Assembly (NCBI GenBank): GCA_016748015.1
Contig: JAAOMT010000436.1
Span: 1,813,187-1,877,186, forward strand
DNA from: Geosiphon pyriformis uo1
Taxonomy: Eukaryota > Fungi > Glomeromycota
Reading direction: 5' to 3'
Length of the DNA stretch: 64,000 bases
The translations under genes and the position numbers were made by a program. The notes below the pieces were generated by a model. That model was not told the DNA's origin, ran no database searches, and saw only the letters and a list, made by a program, of their open reading frames with translations. Positions 60,600-64,000 of this stretch are shown piece after piece (the first letter of the stretch is position 1; each line of letters starts with the position of its first letter).

Positions 60600-62100
60600 T
60601 GCTTTAGTGCCTAGTAGTGTTTTGAAGGCTGTTGCTGCAGGTATTGATGAAGTTACTCTGGATCAAACTTTAGCTAATGAGATTATTTTTTCTCTGTATT
60701 GGGAGAAGAAATTAACAGACCTACAAGCAAGAATAATAGTCCAATGGGATCCTCCAGGAACAAATTTGTTAATAGAACATTGTTTGAGCAAATCAACTGA
60801 GAATGGAATTCAAATTTACCTTTCCTTAAGAAGAGAAATGTAATCAGTAATAAAACTCAGAGCATGAGAATTCTAATATATATCCAATAAATATATTTTC
60901 ACACCAACTTTGGCATCTGCAATTAAAAAAGAGCTCCATATTAGCAATTATATTCATTATTTGACCAATATTTAATATTAGCAAGTGAAAGTTTGACTGA
61001 TAGTTTTAAAGATATATTAAAAATCAACTTTTTTGGGACAAATAAATCCATATTGAATGCTTTTCATAATCCAAACATAATCACACAGAATGGAGATTTG
61101 AATCTAGACTCAACATATCATATTTTAAAAATGCTAATTATAAATGGTAATACACCCAACCCAATATAAACAAAACTGTACACAATACAATATATTTCTA
61201 ACTTCTTAAAGAATATTTATTAGGCTGTCACATAATTAACTTGATAAGCTTTAAAAACATGATCACTTAAAAAAGATATTAGAGAGTTAATAATAAATAA
61301 TAGTTGTAATTTTATTAACAAATTTACATTTTTTGATAATCTGCTTTTTCACTTGTTACTGGAATTGGTTTTCAAGTACTTAACAATGTTTTTTTAATTC
61401 ACCTTGCTTTAAGAAAGTCTATTTTTTTTATCTGTGCAATTTTACTGAATTTTCATTTCTTTGCTTAATATCTATTCATAGCCAATATCATAAAAAACAT
61501 GATTAGAGACATTTGGATTTACAAACTGTGTCTTTTTTATTTGAACTCAAAATTAATTTGATTCAGCAATAAAGCTAGGATGTGTATGAGACCTGTATAT
61601 TTCAATTTTAGAATATTCAATGACATTAAAGAGGTTAGTACACAATCTCTCAAATTTGATACAGTTACACATTGCATTTCTCAATGCCATTGTGAAGGTG
61701 TAGAAAGAATCAATGATTTGAGCATTTTGTTAATTTTTTCAAGTATTGTATCATGGTCTTGATGTTGATTTGAAAGTTTAGATCAAGAAATTACAATTTT
61801 TTCTTGAATCAGCTTGCAAACTTTAGGCTTCAATTGTAGTCATTGTTTTTTATTAGCAATTTCAATTAATTGGTAAATAGGATGGTGCTGAGCAGACCAA
61901 ATTAGTGCAAACATTTGTCTAGTCACAAGTCTTAATGAAGACCTATTAAAACAAACTCCAGTGCAAAATTTAATAATTGCTTGTAAATAAAAAAAGACTT
62001 GTTCATACTTTAACCTGAACATGGGATCTGTTTCATTTTGGGCCCATTCTAAGTAATCTTTAACAGATGAATTTTTTTTAAAAACAAACATATGGCCACA
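60600..62100 (-). mobile_element. Degenerate coding relic, probably a DNA-transposon ORF
   Basis: CpG-depleted, stop-riddled minus-strand frame (YLEWAQ...HHPIYQLIE...QDHDTILEKINKMLKSLI). Family not identified; limits approximate. Confidence 0.4.
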
Positions 62101-62255
62101 TTAATTCAGAAACCATTGCATGCCTATATATATTATATATCAAATCCTACGACTTATAATGATCAGGACATTTTTTAAAAAACTGCAGTTGACTTTTACT
62201 TCAATATCCCTAATATTGTACAAAGTATTTTATATTGATATTCCAATTGATATAG

Positions 62256-62368
62256 GCATTGCTGTGTTTGGAGGACTTGACAATATGACATTGTGCTATC
62301 TTCTATGTGATTATGCAAGTATGCAGAAGATCAAATTGACAGTCTTTATTATTAATCATCAGTTGGGG
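62256..62368 (+). pseudogene. Isolated exon of a PP-loop ATPase (TilS / tRNA(Ile)-lysidine synthetase-like)
   Basis: GIAVFGGLDNMTLCYLL...LTVFIINHQL reads as eroded GIAVSGGPDSMALCYLL...IDHQL. Flanked by TAG and GTAAGA splice sites. Confidence 0.72.
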
Positions 62369-62632
62369 GTAAGAGGCAAAAAGTGTCACAGATGTATTAT
62401 CAAAATTAGGTTTCTTTTTACTGAGAATCTGTTATTTGCACTTAGAATCCTACAGTTAGATTAAAACCTTCATTTTTATAATTTGGCTGTTTTTTATAAT
62501 TTGAGGCACTTCATATGACATGAGACACCTCACATGTTTGATTAAATATAAAGCAAAATAACATTTGAGACATAACAGATACATTAATATATTATAAAAG
62601 CAAAATACAATAAAAAGTGTGTTCTTATTAAT

Positions 62633-63326
62633 ATGCCAAAAAATGCAAACCAAAAGTGAACAGCAATCTCCTTGGAGACTAAAAAGGCTTTCTGCCAATA
62701 CAAACTAGAGCATCCTGACTACTCAGTAAATAGATTTATCAAAATATTTAATCTAAAGATTGACTGCTCCACTGTAACAAAGATACTTGTGAAATCAGAC
62801 CGATAAATTAAAAAGAATGTATCTGGCAACTCTGGTCAATTGACAAAGAACAGAAAAGAGATGTTTCCAAAAATAAATAATGCACTAAGAGAATGGATGC
62901 TTGGAGCACTAGCTACCAACTGCATTCTTACTGGAAAAATTTTACAAATGAAAGCTCTCAAGTTTGCTGAAAAGTTTCTAGAAGAAAATAACTTTAAAGC
63001 ATCAGATAGTTGGTTAGAAAAGTTCAAAAAACGTCATAATTTGCATCACATTAAGATGCATAGTGAAGCAAACAGTGCTCTCTTGGAAATTTTACCAGAG
63101 GAATGAGAGAAACTACATGAGATTATCAGCAAATATGATTTAAATAATGTTTACAATACCAATAAGACAGCATTATTCTTTAAAATGCCACCAAATGCAA
63201 CTTTGGCAACAAGATTTACCTCTGGTACCAAGTGTGATAAGAGTCGAATTACCATATTTCTTGCTTATAATGCAACAGATAGCATCAAGTTACAGTCTTT
63301 AATTATTGGCAAAGCTGCAAAGCCAT
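62633..63326 (+). mobile_element. pogo/Tigger-type transposase pseudogene (CENP-B HTH plus start of DDE), interrupted by an LTR
   Basis: FPKINNALREW, FKASDSWLEKFKKRHNL, VYNTNKTALFF (eroded VYNADETxLFF), KSRITI..NAT..KL..LIIGK..KP. Confidence 0.9.
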
Positions 63327-64000
63327 TGTTACGGTTTAAGAATTTAGCAAAAAGAATCATAAAAATAATACAAACTATTCAATCATAATATAGCACAGTA
63401 ATAATCTTAGAAAGGTAATGATTAACATAGTAGCAAACACCATCTCGCGATAGTGGCAAGCACCAGTTCACAATAGCAGCCAACACCAACTGGTGATAGC
63501 AGCAAGCACCAGGTTGAAATATCAAAAAGAAAGTATTTTCTCGTAGAACTACAAACATGTATATATACAGTAGTTTTAATATTGGGAAAGAATCAATCAA
63601 GTAATAAAAATCATAACTTATCAAGCAATAGATCCAATTTTATCCAACAAACTCCACTTTAAATCATACTTTCAAATTAAATATCCCAAGAAACCTTTAA
63701 AATCAAAAAGAAATGAAAAAGAATATTTAAAACTGAACTATCACAACCCAAAGTATTAAGAAACTTACTTGTATTATTTATTGAATGAAACTATCATTCA
63801 TCAACTGAATCCCTTGGAAGAATAATCCTTGATCAAGATTATTCACGTTGTTACTAATTGATAAAAGCTTTATTGTGAGAATTAGAAAAGCGCTAAAGAC
63901 CATTAACATTCTGTGTTTCTAGATTAGAGAAACACATCAGGCAATTGCAAGGATAGCCTCAGAGAAGACCCCAGACAGTGGGTAGATTTCAGTTCAGCCT
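63327..64000 (+). repeat. LTR (family B), truncated by the window edge
   Basis: Starts TGTTACGG and shares many blocks with 22042-22884 (gaatgaaactatcatt, tcaagattattcac, tagattagagaaacacatcag). Confidence 0.88.

Overview
Eukaryotic (fungal) genomic DNA; the TE protein styles and short AT-rich introns suggest an early-diverging fungus such as Glomeromycotina (inference, not verified). The window has three parts. (1) 1-~47200 is a nested retroelement block. Very AT-eroded LINE relics host an eroded Ty3/Gypsy element (1263-17584), which itself hosts a younger full-length L1-like LINE with RNase H (2462-9195). The block also holds two solo LTRs, a 5'-truncated LINE, and two full-length ~2.3 kb ORF1-only poly(A) retroposons that share the LINE 3' tail (HAL1-like); one of these hosts a 9.9 kb dUTPase-bearing Gypsy element. 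(2) ~47200-58700 is a CpG-retaining gene island: a DCAF11/WDR23-like WD40 gene, a 2-hydroxyacyl-CoA lyase, a RanBP3/Yrb2-like gene, an uncharacterised gene, and a ~1.4 kb structured segment without a credible ORF that has telomerase-RNA-like features. (3) 58700-64000 is more degenerate TE material, including a captured TilS-like exon and a pogo/Tigger transposase interrupted by an LTR. All repeats show C>T/G>A decay that scales with nesting age. Boundaries and TSDs were read by eye; no alignments or database searches were run.
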